From contig OZ024741.1 in NCBI GenBank assembly GCA_964016885.1, positions 202,058,001-202,122,000 on the forward strand: a DNA stretch of 64,000 nt, given 5' to 3'. The stretch is from Eledone cirrhosa (taxonomy: Eukaryota). The notes beneath the pieces are model-generated. The model was not told where the DNA came from, ran no database searches, and saw nothing but the letters and a program-made list of their open reading frames with translations. Each line of letters begins with the position of its first letter. Position 1 is the first letter of the stretch. Position numbers and translations under genes: made by a program. Below are positions 12,886 to 24,400 of the stretch, piece after piece.

Positions 12886-12900
12886 TTGAATATGATAATA

Positions 12901-15400
12901 AATGCACACTACTGCTCTAACAAACGACAATGACTTCCTAATCATTGCAGGAGATTTTAACGGACATGTAGGTAAACACCGAGATGGCTTCTATAGAGTC
13001 CATGGAGGCCATGGGGTTGGCACAATGAAGAAGGCTTCAGGCTTCTAGAATTCTGCGACGCTAATGACATGTGGATATGTAACACAAACTTCAAAAACCC
13101 AACAACCATCTGATCACCTATAGATCAGGGGAGCATTCTAATCAGATAGATTTTATCCTCATCAGAGGACGTGATAGATGGACGGTCGTAAACACAAAAG
13201 CTTTCCCTAGTGAGGAATGTACCTCCCAACATAGCTTAGTTGTCAGCGACCTCACGGTCAGAACTAGACGAACCTGGAAACAGAAGCCAACTTGGTGAAG
13301 AAAGATCTGGAAGCTGAAAGAACCCTCAGCCAGTAACAGATGTAAAGATATTTTACTCATTGCCTATGACAGTAAAGAAGAACAGATAGAGACATTCAAT
13401 GTAGACGAGCACTGGGAGTTCCTAAAAAATAACTTACTAAAGGCGATGGATGAGATCTGTGGCTGGAGTAAGACCACAGGCAGGAGGAGAGTGACTTGGT
13501 GGTGGAACAATAAGGTAGATGAGGCAGTTAAAGCCAAGAAACGGGCATGGAAAGAATGGAAGAACGGGTGAAGCAGGGTACATTACATAGAGACCAGGAG
13601 GGAAGCTAGGCGACAAGTATATTTAGCTAGGAGGCAAGCAGAGGATAGAAAATTCAAGCATGTTTTGCAATGTGAGGACCAGAAACAGGAGGTGTTCAAG
13701 ATTGCGAGGCAGTGTGTCAAAGAGAATTGTGATGTCATTGGAGAGAAGTGTATCCGGAATGATAAAGGTGAGCTTGCCCTCACAAGTTCTGAGAAGAAAG
13801 ATGCGTGGAAGAGCCATTATGATAGATTACTAAATGAAGAGAATGCATGGGAAGAAGAGACCCTACCCCAAGTAGACCCTATAGAGGGGCCAGCAGTAGA
13901 AGTCAGTAGCAGCATAGTAAGTAAGGCAATCAAAGATATGAAGATGGGGAAGGCAACCGGTCCATCGGGTATAGCTGCCGAGATGCTGAAGGCATCTGGG
14001 TCGGTAGGTCACACCATAACCACATATATTGTTAACCAGGTAATACTAGAGGGTATCATACCAAAGGATTGGTGCAGCAACATCATTGTCAACTGCTACA
14101 AAGGTAAAGGTGATGCACTAGATAGAGGAAACTATAGAGGTATAAAGCTGATGAACCAGGTCATGAAAGTAACAGAAAGAGTTATAGCACAGTTGATTAG
14201 GGACCGGGTGAAACTAGATGAGATGCAATTTGGGTTTGTGCCAGGAAGAGGCACCATGATGCCCTCTTCCTTGTGAGGCAGTTACAGGAAAAGTACCTAG
14301 CTAAAAGTAAGCCACTCTACCTGGCATTCGGCGATCTCGAGAAAGCCTTTGGCAGAGTTCTTCGTGCTATAATCTGGTGGGCTCTTAGAAAACTAGGAGC
14401 AGATGAATGGCTTGTGAAAGCTGTACAAGCCATGTATAGGGGAGCAGTCAGCAAAGTTAGGATTAGCAATGACTATAGCGAAGAATTTAGCGTACAGGTC
14501 GGTGTCCACCAGGGCTCTGTTCTTAGCCCTCCTGTTCATCATAGTCCTGCAAGCAATAACGGAGGAGTTTAAGACCGGATGCCCATGGGAACTCCTGTAT
14601 GCAGATGACCTTGCACTTATAGCTGAATCTATGGTAGAACTAGAGAAGAAATTCCAAACTTGGAAGCAGGAACTAGAAAGAACGGGTCTCAAAGTCAACC
14701 TGACAAAGACTAAAGTCCTTGTAAGTAGATGAGAAAACAGAACCCAGATCCCCTCAGAAAAATGGCCTTGCTCAGTATGTAGGAACTCCATTCTCTGCCC
14801 CAAATGCAAAGAAGCTTAACTAAGAATGTAAGCTTCACATGTAGCAGCTGTGCTGGAACAGCAAGCAGCAAACAGCCACAGGGAACAAGTACCATCAAAC
14901 TCTGGGAGAGCTCTGTAGAAACAGTAGACAGCTACTGCTACCTAGGTGACCGAATTAGCAGCGGAGGTGGGTGTTCGGAAAATACAATAACTAGGGTAAG
15001 AACAGGATGGAAAAAGTTCAGGGAGCTACTGCCACGGCTAGCTGCAAAAGGCTTTTCCCTCAAAATGAAAGGCAGACTGTATGATGCGTGTATACGGACT
15101 GCAATGTTACATGGTAGTGAGACCTGGGCGCTGAAGGTGGAAGACTTACGTAGATTAGAAACAAACGAAGCCTGCATGCTCCGATGGATGTGTAATGGTA
15201 ATATATGCAAACGGCAACGCATAAATGAATTGAGAAAGAGACTGAGCATAAGAGGAATGAATCAAATGCTGTGTGCAGGAGAGACGGTTGCGTTGGTATG
15301 GACATGTGATGCGTATGAAGGATGATAGCTGCATAAAAAGGTGCAGAGCACTAGAAGTCGATGGAAACCGCTGAGTGGGGAGACCCAAGAAGACCGGGAT
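12901..15400 (+). mobile_element. RTE LINE truncated at both ends (APE C-terminal part, RT, partly deleted PHD finger)
   Basis: IAGDFNGH, SQIDFIL, NYRGIKLM, QFGFVPGRGT, DLEKAF, GVHQGSVLSP, LLYADDL, YLGD, LHGSETW, GRPKKT. It ends abruptly at the 18-bp array and has no (ATG)n tail. Confidence 0.92.
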
Positions 15401-18400
15401 GAGTAGAGTTGGTGGTGAGAGTGGTGTTGGTGGTGGGAGTAGTGTTGGTGGTGGGAGTAGTGTTGGTGGTGAGAGTAGTGTTGGTGGTGAGAGTAGTGTT
15501 GGTGGTGAGAGTAGTGTTGGTGGTGAGAGTAGTGTTGGTGGTGAGAGTAGTGTTGGTGGTGGGAGTAGTGTTGGTGGTGAGAGTAGTGTTGGTGGTGAGA
15601 GTAGTGTTGGTGGTGAGAGTAGTGTTGGTGGTGAGAGTAGTGTTGGTGGTGGGAGTAGTGTTGGTGGTGGGAGTAGTGTTGGTGGTGAGAGTAGTGTTGG
15701 TGGTGGGAGTAGTGTTGGTGGTGGGAGTAGTGTTGGTGGTGGGAGTAGTGTTGGTGGTTGGAGTAGTGTTGGTGGTGGGAGTAGTGTTGGTGGTGGGAGT
15801 AGTGTTGGTGGTGAGAGTAGTGTTGGTGGTGGAAGTAGTGTTGGTGGTGGAAGTAGTGTTGGTGGTGGGAGTAGTGTTGGTGGTGGGAGTAGTGTTGGTG
15901 GTGGGAGTAGTGTTGGTGGTGGGAGTAGTGTTGGTGGTGAGAGTAGTGTTGGTGGTGGAAGTAGTGTTGGTGGTGGGAGTAGTGTTGGTGGTGGGAGTAG
16001 TGTTGGTGGTGGGAGTAGTGTTGGTGGTGGAAGTAGTGTTGGTGGTGGGAGTAGTGTTGGTGGTGGGAGTAGTGTTGGTGGTGGGAGTAGTGTTGGTGGT
16101 GGGAGTAGTGTTGGTGGTGAAAGTAGTGTTGGTGGTGAGAGTAGTGTTGGTGGTGGGAGTAGTGTTGGTGGTGAGAGTAGTGTTGGTGGTGAGAGTAGCG
16201 TTGGTGGTGAGAGTAGCGTTGGTGGTGGGAGTAGTGTTGGTGGTGGGAGTAGTGTTGGTGGTGAGAGTAGTGTTGGTGGTGGGAGTAGTGTTGGGGGTGA
16301 GAGTAGTGTTGGTGGTGGAAGTAGTGTTGGTGGTGGGAGTAGTGTTGGTGGTGGGAGTAGTGTTGGTGGTGGGAGTAGTGTTGGTGGTGAGAGTAGCGTT
16401 GGTGGTGAGAGTAGCGTTGGTGGTGGGAGTAGTGTTGGTGGTGGGAGTAGTGTTGGTGGTGAGAGTGTTGGTGGTGAGAGTAGTGTTGGTGATGAGAGTA
16501 GTGTTGGTGATGAGAGTAGTGTTGGTGGAGGGAGTAGTGTTGGTGATGAGAGTAGTGTTGGTGGTGGGAGTAGTGTTGGTGATGAGAGTAGTGTTGGTGG
16601 TGGGAGTAGTGTTGGTGGAGGGAGTAGTGTTGGTGATGAGAGTAGTGTTGGTGGTGGGAGTAGTGTTGGTGGAGGGAGTTGTGTTGGTGGTGAGAGTAGT
16701 GTTGGTGGTGAGAGTAGTGTTGGTGGTGAGAGTAGTGTTGGTGGTGGGAGTAGTGTTGGTGGTGGGAGTAGTGTTGGTGGTGAGAGTAGTGTTGGTGGTG
16801 AGAGTAGCGTTGGTGGTGAGAGTAGTGTTGGTGGTGGGAGTAGTGTTGGTGGTGGGAGTAGTGTTGGTGGTGGGAGTAGTGTTGGTGGTGAGAGTAGTGT
16901 TGGTGGTGGGAGTAGTGTTGGTGGTGGGAGTAGTGTTGGTGGTGAGAGTAGTGTTGGTGGTGAGAGTAGTGTTGGTGGTGGGAGTAGTGTTGGTGGTGGA
17001 AGTAGTGTTGGTGATGAGAGTAGTGTTGGTGATGAGAGTAGTGTTGGTGGAGGGAGTAGTGTTGGTGATGAGAGTAGTGTTGGTGGTGGGAGTAGTGTTG
17101 GTGGTGGGAGTAGTGTTGGTGGTGAGAGTAGTGTTGGTGGTGAGAGTAGTGTTGGTGGTGGGAGTAGTGTTGGTGGTGGGAGTAGTGTTGGTGGTGAGAG
17201 TAGTGTTGGTGGTGGGAGTAGTGTTGGTGGTGGAAGTAGTGTTGGTGATGAGAGTAGTGTTGGTGATGAGAGTAGTGTTGGTGGAGGGAGTAGTGTTGGT
17301 GATGAGAGTAGTGTTGGTGGTGAGAGTAGTGTTGGTGATGAGAGTAGTGTTGGTGGTGGGAGTAGTGTTGGTGGTGAGAGTAGTGTTGGTGGTGAGAGTA
17401 GTGTTGGTGGTGAGAGTAGTGTTGGTGGTGGAAGTAGTGTTGGTGATGAGAGTAGTGTTGGTGGTGAGAGTAGTGTTGGTGGAGGGAGTAGTGTTGGTGG
17501 TGAGAGTAGTGTTGGTGGTGAGAGTAGTGTTGGTGGTGGGAGTAGTGTTGGTGATGAGAGTAGTGTTGGTGGAGGGAGTAGTGTTGGTGATGAGAGTAGT
17601 GTTGGTGGAGGGAGTAGTGTTGGTGGTGAGAGTAGTGTTGGTGGTGAGAGTAGTGTTGGTGGTGAGAGTAGTGTTGGTGGTGAGAGTAGTGTTGGTGGTG
17701 AGAGTAGTGTTGGTGGTGAGAGTAGTGTTGGTGGTGAGAGTAGTGTTGGTGGTGGGAGTAGTGTTGGTGATGAGAGTAGTGTTGGTGATGAGAGTAGTGT
17801 TGGTGATGAGAGTAGTGTTGGTGGAGGGAGTAGTGTTGGTGGTGAGAGTAGTGTTGGTGGTGAGAGTAGTGTTGGTGGTGAGAGTAGTGTTGGTGGTGAG
17901 AGTAGTGTTGGTGGTGAGAGTAGTGTTGGTGGTGAGAGTAGTGTTGGTGGTGAGAGTAGTGTTGGTGGTGGGAGTAGTGCTGGTGGTGGGAGTAGTGTTG
18001 GTGGTGAGAGTGTTGGTGGTGAGAGTAGTGTTGGTGATGAGTAGTGTTGGTGATGAGAGTAGTGTTGGTGGAGGGAGTAGTGTTGGTGGAGGGAGTAGTG
18101 TTGGTGGAGGGAGTAGTGTTGGTGGTGGGAGTAGTGTTGGTGGTGGAAGTAGTGTTGGTGGTGGAAGTAGTGTTGGTGGTGGAAGTTGTGTTGGTGGTGA
18201 GAGTAGTGTTGGTGGTGAGAGTAGTGTTGGTGGTGAGAGTAGTGTTGGTAGTGGGAGTAGTGCTGGTGGTGGGAGTAGTGCTGGTGGTGGGAGTAGTGCT
18301 GGTGGTGGGAGTAGTGTTGGTGGTGGGAGTAGTGTTGGTGGTGAGAGTAGTGTTGGTGGTGGGAGTAGTGTTGGTGGTGGGAGTAGTGTTGGTGGTGGAA

Positions 18401-21400
18401 GTAGTGTTGGTGGTGGGAGTAGTGTTGGTGGTGGAAGTTGTGTTGGTGGTGGAAGTTGTGTTGGTGGTGAGAGTAGTGTTGGTGGTGAGAGTAGTGTTGG
18501 TGGTGAGAGTAGTGTTGGTGGTGGGAGTAGTGTTGGTGGTGAGAGTAGTGTTGGTGGTGATAGTAGTGTTGGTGGTGAGAGTAGTGTTGGTGGTGAGAGT
18601 AGTGTTGGTGGTGAGAGTAGTGTTGGTGGTGAGAGTAGTGTTGGTGGTGGAAGTAGTGTTGGTGGTGGGAGTAGTGTTGGTGGTGAGAGTAGTGTTGGTG
18701 GTGAGAGTAGTGTTGGTGGTGGGAGTAGTGTTGGTGGTGGGAGTAGTGTTGGTGGTGAGAGTAGTGTTGGTGGTGAGAGTAGTGTTGGTGGTGGGAGTAG
18801 TGTTGGTGGTGAGAGTAGTGTGGGTGGTGAGTGTTGGTGGTGGGAGTAGTGTTGGTGGTGGGAGTAGTGTTGGTGGTGAGAGTAGTGTTGGTGGTGGGAG
18901 TAGTGTGGGTGGTGAGAGTAGTGTTGGTGGTGGGAGTAGTGTTGGTGGTGGGAGTAGTGTTGGTGGTGAGAGTAGTGTTGATGGTGAGAGTAGTGTTGGA
19001 GGTGGAAGTAGTGTTGGTGGTGGAAGTAGTGTTGGTGGTGAGAGTAGTGTTGGTGGTGAGAGTAGTGTTGGTGGTGAGAGTAGTGTTGGTGGTGAGAGTA
19101 GTGTTGGTGGTGGGAGTAGTGTTGGTGGTGAGAGTAGTGTTGGTGGTGGAGTAGTGTTGGTGGTGAAGTAGTTGGTGGTGGGAGTGTTGGTGGTGGAGTA
19201 GTGTTGGTGGTGGGAGTAGTGTGGTGGTGGTGGGAGTAGTGTTGGTGGTGAGGTAGTGTTGGTGGTGAGAGTAGTGTTGGTGGAGTGTAGCGTTGGTGGT
19301 GAGTAGCGTTGGTGGTGGTAGTAGGGTGGTGAGGTGGTGTGTTGTGGGTGTGAGAGTAGTGTTGGTGTGAGAGTAGTGTTGGTGGTGGAAGTAGTGTGTG
19401 GTGGTGGAGTAGTGTTGTTGGTGGGAGTAGTGTTGGTGGTGAAGTAGTGTTGGTGGTGGGAGTAGTGTTGGTGGTGAGAGTAGTGTTGGTGGTGAGAGTA
19501 GTGTTGGTGGTGAGAGTAGTGTTGGTGGTGAGAGTAGTGTTGGTGGTGGGAGTAGTGTTGGTGGTGAGAGTAGTGTGGGTGGTGAAGTAGTGTTGGTGGT
19601 GGGAGTAGTGTTGGTGGTGAGAGTAGTGTTGGTGGTGGGAGTAGTGTTGGTGATGAGAGTAGTGTTGGTGGTGGGAGTAGTGTTGGTGGTGGGAGTAGTG
19701 TTGGTGGTGACAGTAGTGTTGGTGGTGGAAGTAGTGTTGGTGGTAGGAGTTGTGTTGGTGGTGGGAGTTGTGTTGGTGGTGGGAGTTGTGTTGGTGGTGA
19801 GAGTAGTGTTGGTGGTGAGAGTAGTGTTGGTGGTGGGAGTAGTGTTGGTGGTGGAAGTAGTGTTGCTGGTGGGAGTAGTGTTGGTGGTGGGAGTAGTGTT
19901 GGTGGTGGGAGTAGTGTTGGTGGTGGGAGTAGTGTTGGTGGTGAGAGTAGTGTTGGTGGTGGGAGTAGTGTTGGTGGTGAGAGTAGTGTGGGTGGTGGGA
20001 GTAGTATGGGTGGTGGGAGTAGTGTTGGTGGTGAGAGTAGTGTTGATGGTGGGAGTAGTGTTGGTGGTGAGAGTAATGTTGGTGGTGGGAGTAATGTTGG
20101 TGGTGAGAGTAGTGTTGGTGGTGGGAGTAGTGTTGGAGGTGGAAGTAGTGTTGGTGGTGGGAGTAGTGTTGGTGGTGAGAGTAGTGTTGGTGGTGGAAGT
20201 AGTGTTGGTGGTGGAAGTAGTGTTGGTGGAGGAAGTAGTGTTGGTGGTGGGAGTAGTGTTGGTGGTGGGAGTAGTGTTGGTGGTGGGAGTAGTGTTGGTG
20301 GTGAGAGTAGTGTTGGTGGTGGGAGTAGTGTTGGTGGTGGAAGTAGTGTTGGTGGTGAGAGTAGTGTTGGTGGTGAGAGTAGTGTTGGTGGTGGGAGTAG
20401 CGTTGGTGGTGGGAGTAGTGTTGGTGGTGAGAGTAGTGTTGGTGGTGAGAGTAGTGTTGGTGGTGGGAGTAGCGTTGGTGGTGGGAGTAGTGTGGGTGGT
20501 GAGAGTAGTGTTGGTGGTGAGAGTAGTGTTGGTGGTGGAAGTAGTGTTGGTGGTGAGAGTAGTGTTGGTAGTGGGAGTAGTGTTGGTAGTGAGAGTAGTG
20601 TTGGTGGTGGGAGTAGTGTTGGTGGTGAGAGTAGTGTTGGAGGTGGAAGTAGTGTTGGTGGTGGAAGTAGTGTTGGTGGTGAGAGTAGTGTTGGTGGTGA
20701 GAGTAGTGTTGGTGGTGGGAGTAGCGTTGGTGGTGGGAGTAGTGTTGGTGGTGAGAGTAGTGTTGGTGGTGAGAGTAGTGTTGGTGGTGGGAGTAGCGTT
20801 GGTGGTGGGAGTAGTGTGGGTGGTGAGAGTAGTGTTGGTGGTGAGAGTAGTGTTGGTGGTGTAAGTAGTGTTGGTGGTGAGAGTAGTGTTGGTAGTGGGA
20901 GTAGTGTTGGTGGTGAGAGTAGTGTTGGTGGTGGGAGTAGTGTTGGTGGTGAGAGTAGTGTTGGTGGTGAGAGTAGTGTTGGTGGTGAGAGTAGTGTTGG
21001 TGGTGGGAGTAGCGTTGGTGATGGGAGTAGTGTTGGTGGTGGGAGTAGTGTTGGTGGTGAGAGTAGTGTTGGTGGTGAGAGTAGTGTTGGTGGTGAGAGT
21101 AGTGTTGGTGGTGGGAGTAGCGTTGGTGGTGGGAGTAGTGGTGGGAGTAGTGTTGGTGGTGAGAGTAGTGTTGGTGGTGAGAGTAGTGTTGGTGGTGGAA
21201 GTAGTGTTGGTGGTGGGAGTAGTGTTGGTGGTGGAAGTAGTGTTGGTGGTGGGAGTAGTGTTGGTGGTGGGAGTAGTGTTGGTGGAGGAAGTAGTGTTGG
21301 TGGTGGGAGTAGTGTTGGTGGTGAGAGTAGTGATGGTGGTGGAAGTAGTGTTGGGAGTAGTGTTGGTGGTGGGAGTAGTGTTGGTGGTGAGAGTAGTGTT

Positions 21401-24400
21401 GGAGGTGGAAGTAGTGTTGGGAGTAGTGTTGGTGGTGGGAGTAGTGTTGGTGGTGAGAGTAGTGTGGGTGGTGAGAGTAGTGTGGGTGGTGAGAGTAGTG
21501 TTGGTGGTGGAAGTAGTGTTGGTGGTGGGAGTAGTGTTGGTGGTGGAAGTAGTGTTGGTGGTGGGAGTAGTGTTGGTGGTGGGAGTAGTGTTGGTGGTGA
21601 GAGTAGTGTTGGTGGTGGGAGTAGTGTTGGTGGTGGGAGTAGTGTTGGTGGTGGAAGTAGTGTTGGTGGTGGAAGTAGTGTTGGTGGTGGGAGTAGTGTT
21701 GCTGGTGGGAGTAGTGTTGGTGGTGAGAGTGTGTTGGTGGTGAGAGTAGTGTTGGTGGTGGGAGTAGTGTTGCTGGTGGGAGTAGTGTTGCTGGTGGGAG
21801 TAGTGTTGGTGGTGGAAGTAGTGTTGGTGGTGGGAGTTGTGTTGGTGGTGAGAGTAGTGTTGGAGGTGGAAGTAGTGTTGGGAGTAGTGTTGGTGGTGGG
21901 AGTAGTGTTGGTGGTGAGAGTAGTGTGGGTGGTGAGAGTAGTGTGGGTGGTGAGAGTAGTGTTGGTGGTGGAAGTAGTGTTGGTGGTGGGAGTAGTGTTG
22001 GTGGTGGAAGTAGTGTTGGTGGTGGGAGTAGTGTTGGTGGTGGGAGTAGTGTTGGTGGTGAGAGTAGTGTTGGAGGTGGAAGTAGTGTTGGTGGTGAGAG
22101 TAGTGTTGGTGGTGGGAGTAGTGTTGGTGGTGGGAGTAGTGTTGCTGGTGGGAGTAGTGTTGGTGGTGAGAGTGTGTTGGTGGTGAGAGTAGTGTTGGTG
22201 GTGGGAGTAGTGTTGCTGGTGGGAGTAGTGTTGCTGGTGGGAGTAGTGTTGGAGGTGGAAGTAGTGTTGGTGGTGGAAGTAGTGTTGGTGGTGAGAGTAG
22301 TGTTGGTGGTGGGAGTAGTGTTGGTGGTGGGAGTAGTGTTGCTGGTGGGAGTAGTGTTGGTGGTGAGAGTGTGTTGGTGGTGAGAGTAGTGTTGCTGGTG
22401 GGAGTAGTGTTGGTGGTGGAAGTTGTGTTGGTGGTGGGAGTAGTGTTGGTGGTGGGAGTAGTGTTGGTGGTGGGAGTAGTGTTGGTGGTGGGAGTAGTGT
22501 TGGTGGTGAGAGTAGTGTTGGTGGTGAGAGTAGTGTTGGTGGTGAGAGTAGTGTTGGTGGTGGGAGTAGGGTTGGTGGTGGGAGTAGTGTTGGTGGTGAG
22601 AGTAGTGTTGGTGGTGAGAGTAGTGTTGGTGGTGAGAGTAGTGTTGGTGGTGGGAGTAGCGTTGGTGGTGGGAGTAGTGTTGGTGGTGGGAGTAGTGTTG
22701 GTGGTGAGAGTAGTGTGGGTGGTGAGAGTAGTGTTGGTGGTGGGAGTAGTGTTGGTGGTGGAAGTAGTGTTGGTGGTGGGAGTAGTGTTGGTGGTGGAAG
22801 TAGTGTTGGTGGTGGGAGTAGTGTTGGTGGTGGAAGTAGTGTTGGTGGTGGGAGTAGTGTTGGTGGTGAGAGTAGTGATGGTGGTGGAAGTAGTGTTGGG
22901 AGTAGTGTTGGTGGTGGGAGTAGTGTTGGTGGTGGGAGTAGTGTTGGTGGTGAGAGTAGTGTGGGTGGTGAGAGTAGTGTTGGTGGTGAGAGTAGTGTTG
23001 GTGGTGAGAGTAGTGTTGGTGGTGGAAGTAGTGTTGGTGGTGAGAGTAGTGTTGGTGGTGGAAGTAGTGTTGGTGGTGGGAGTAGTGTTGGTGGTGGGAG
23101 TAGTGTTGGTGGTGGAAGTAGTGTTGGTGGAGGGAGTAGTGTTGGTGGAGGGAGTTGTGTTGGTGGAGGGAGTTGTGTTGGTGGTGGGAGTAGTGTTGGT
23201 GGTGGGAGTAGTGTTGGTGGAGGAAGTAGTGTTGGTGGTGGGAGTAGCGTTGGTGGTGAGAGTAGTGATGGTGGTGGAAGTAGTGTTGGGAGTAGTGTTG
23301 GTGGTGGGAGTAGTGTTGGTGGTGGGAGTTGTGTTGGTGGTGGGAGTAGTGTTGGTGGTGGGAGTAGTGTTGGTGGTGAGAGTAGTGTTGGTGGTGGAAG
23401 TAGTGTTGGTGGTGGGAGTAGTGTTGGTGGTGGGAGTAGTGTTAGTGGTGGAAGTAGTGTTGGTGGAGGGAGTAGTGTTGGTGGAGGGAGTTGTGTTGGT
23501 GGTGGGAGTAGTGTTGGTGGTGGGAGTACTGTTGGTGGTGGGAGTAGTGTTGGTGGTGGAAGTAGTGTTGGTGGTGGAAGTAGTGTTGGTGGTGGGAGTA
23601 GTGTTGGTGGTGGGAGTACTGTTGGTGGTGGGAGTAGTGTTGGTGGTGGAAGTAGTGTTGGTGGTGGGAGTAGTGTTGGTGGTGGAAGTAGTGTTGGTGG
23701 TGAGAGTTGTGTTGGTGGTGGGAGTAGTGTTGGTGGTGGGAGTACTGTTGGTGGTGGGAGTAGTGTTGGTGGTGGAAGTAGTGTTGGTGGTGGGAGTAGT
23801 GTTGGTGGTGAGAGTAGTGTTGGTGGTGAGAGTAGCGTTGGTGGTGGGAGTAGCGTTGGTGGTGAGAGTAGCGTTGGTGGTGGGAGTAGTGTTGGTGGTG
23901 AAAGTAGTGTTGGTGGTGGGAGTAGTGTTGGTGGTGAGAGTAGTGTTGGTGGTGGAAGTAGTGTTGGTGGAGGGAGTAGTGTTGGTGGAGGGAGTTGTGT
24001 TGGTGGAGGGAGTTGTGTTGGTGGTGGGAGTAGTGTTGGTGGTGGGAGTACTGTTGGTGGTGGGAGTAGTGTTGGTGGTGGGAGTAGTGTTGGTGGTGAG
24101 AGTAGTGTTGGAGGTGGGAGTAGTGTTGGTGGTGGGAGTAGTGTTGGTGGTGAGAGTAATGTTGGTGGTGAGAGTAGTGTTGGTGGTGAGAGTAGTGTTG
24201 GTGGTGGAAGTAGTGTTGGTGGTGAGAGTAATGTTGGTGGTGAGAGTAGTGTTGGTGGTGAGAGTAGTGTTGGTGGTGAGAGTAGTGTTGGTGGTGGGAG
24301 TAGTGTTGGTGGTGGGAGTAGTGTTGGTGGTGAGAGTAGTGTTGGTGGTGAGAGTAGTGTTGGTGGTGAGAGTAGTGTTGGTGGTGAGAGTAGTGTTGGT

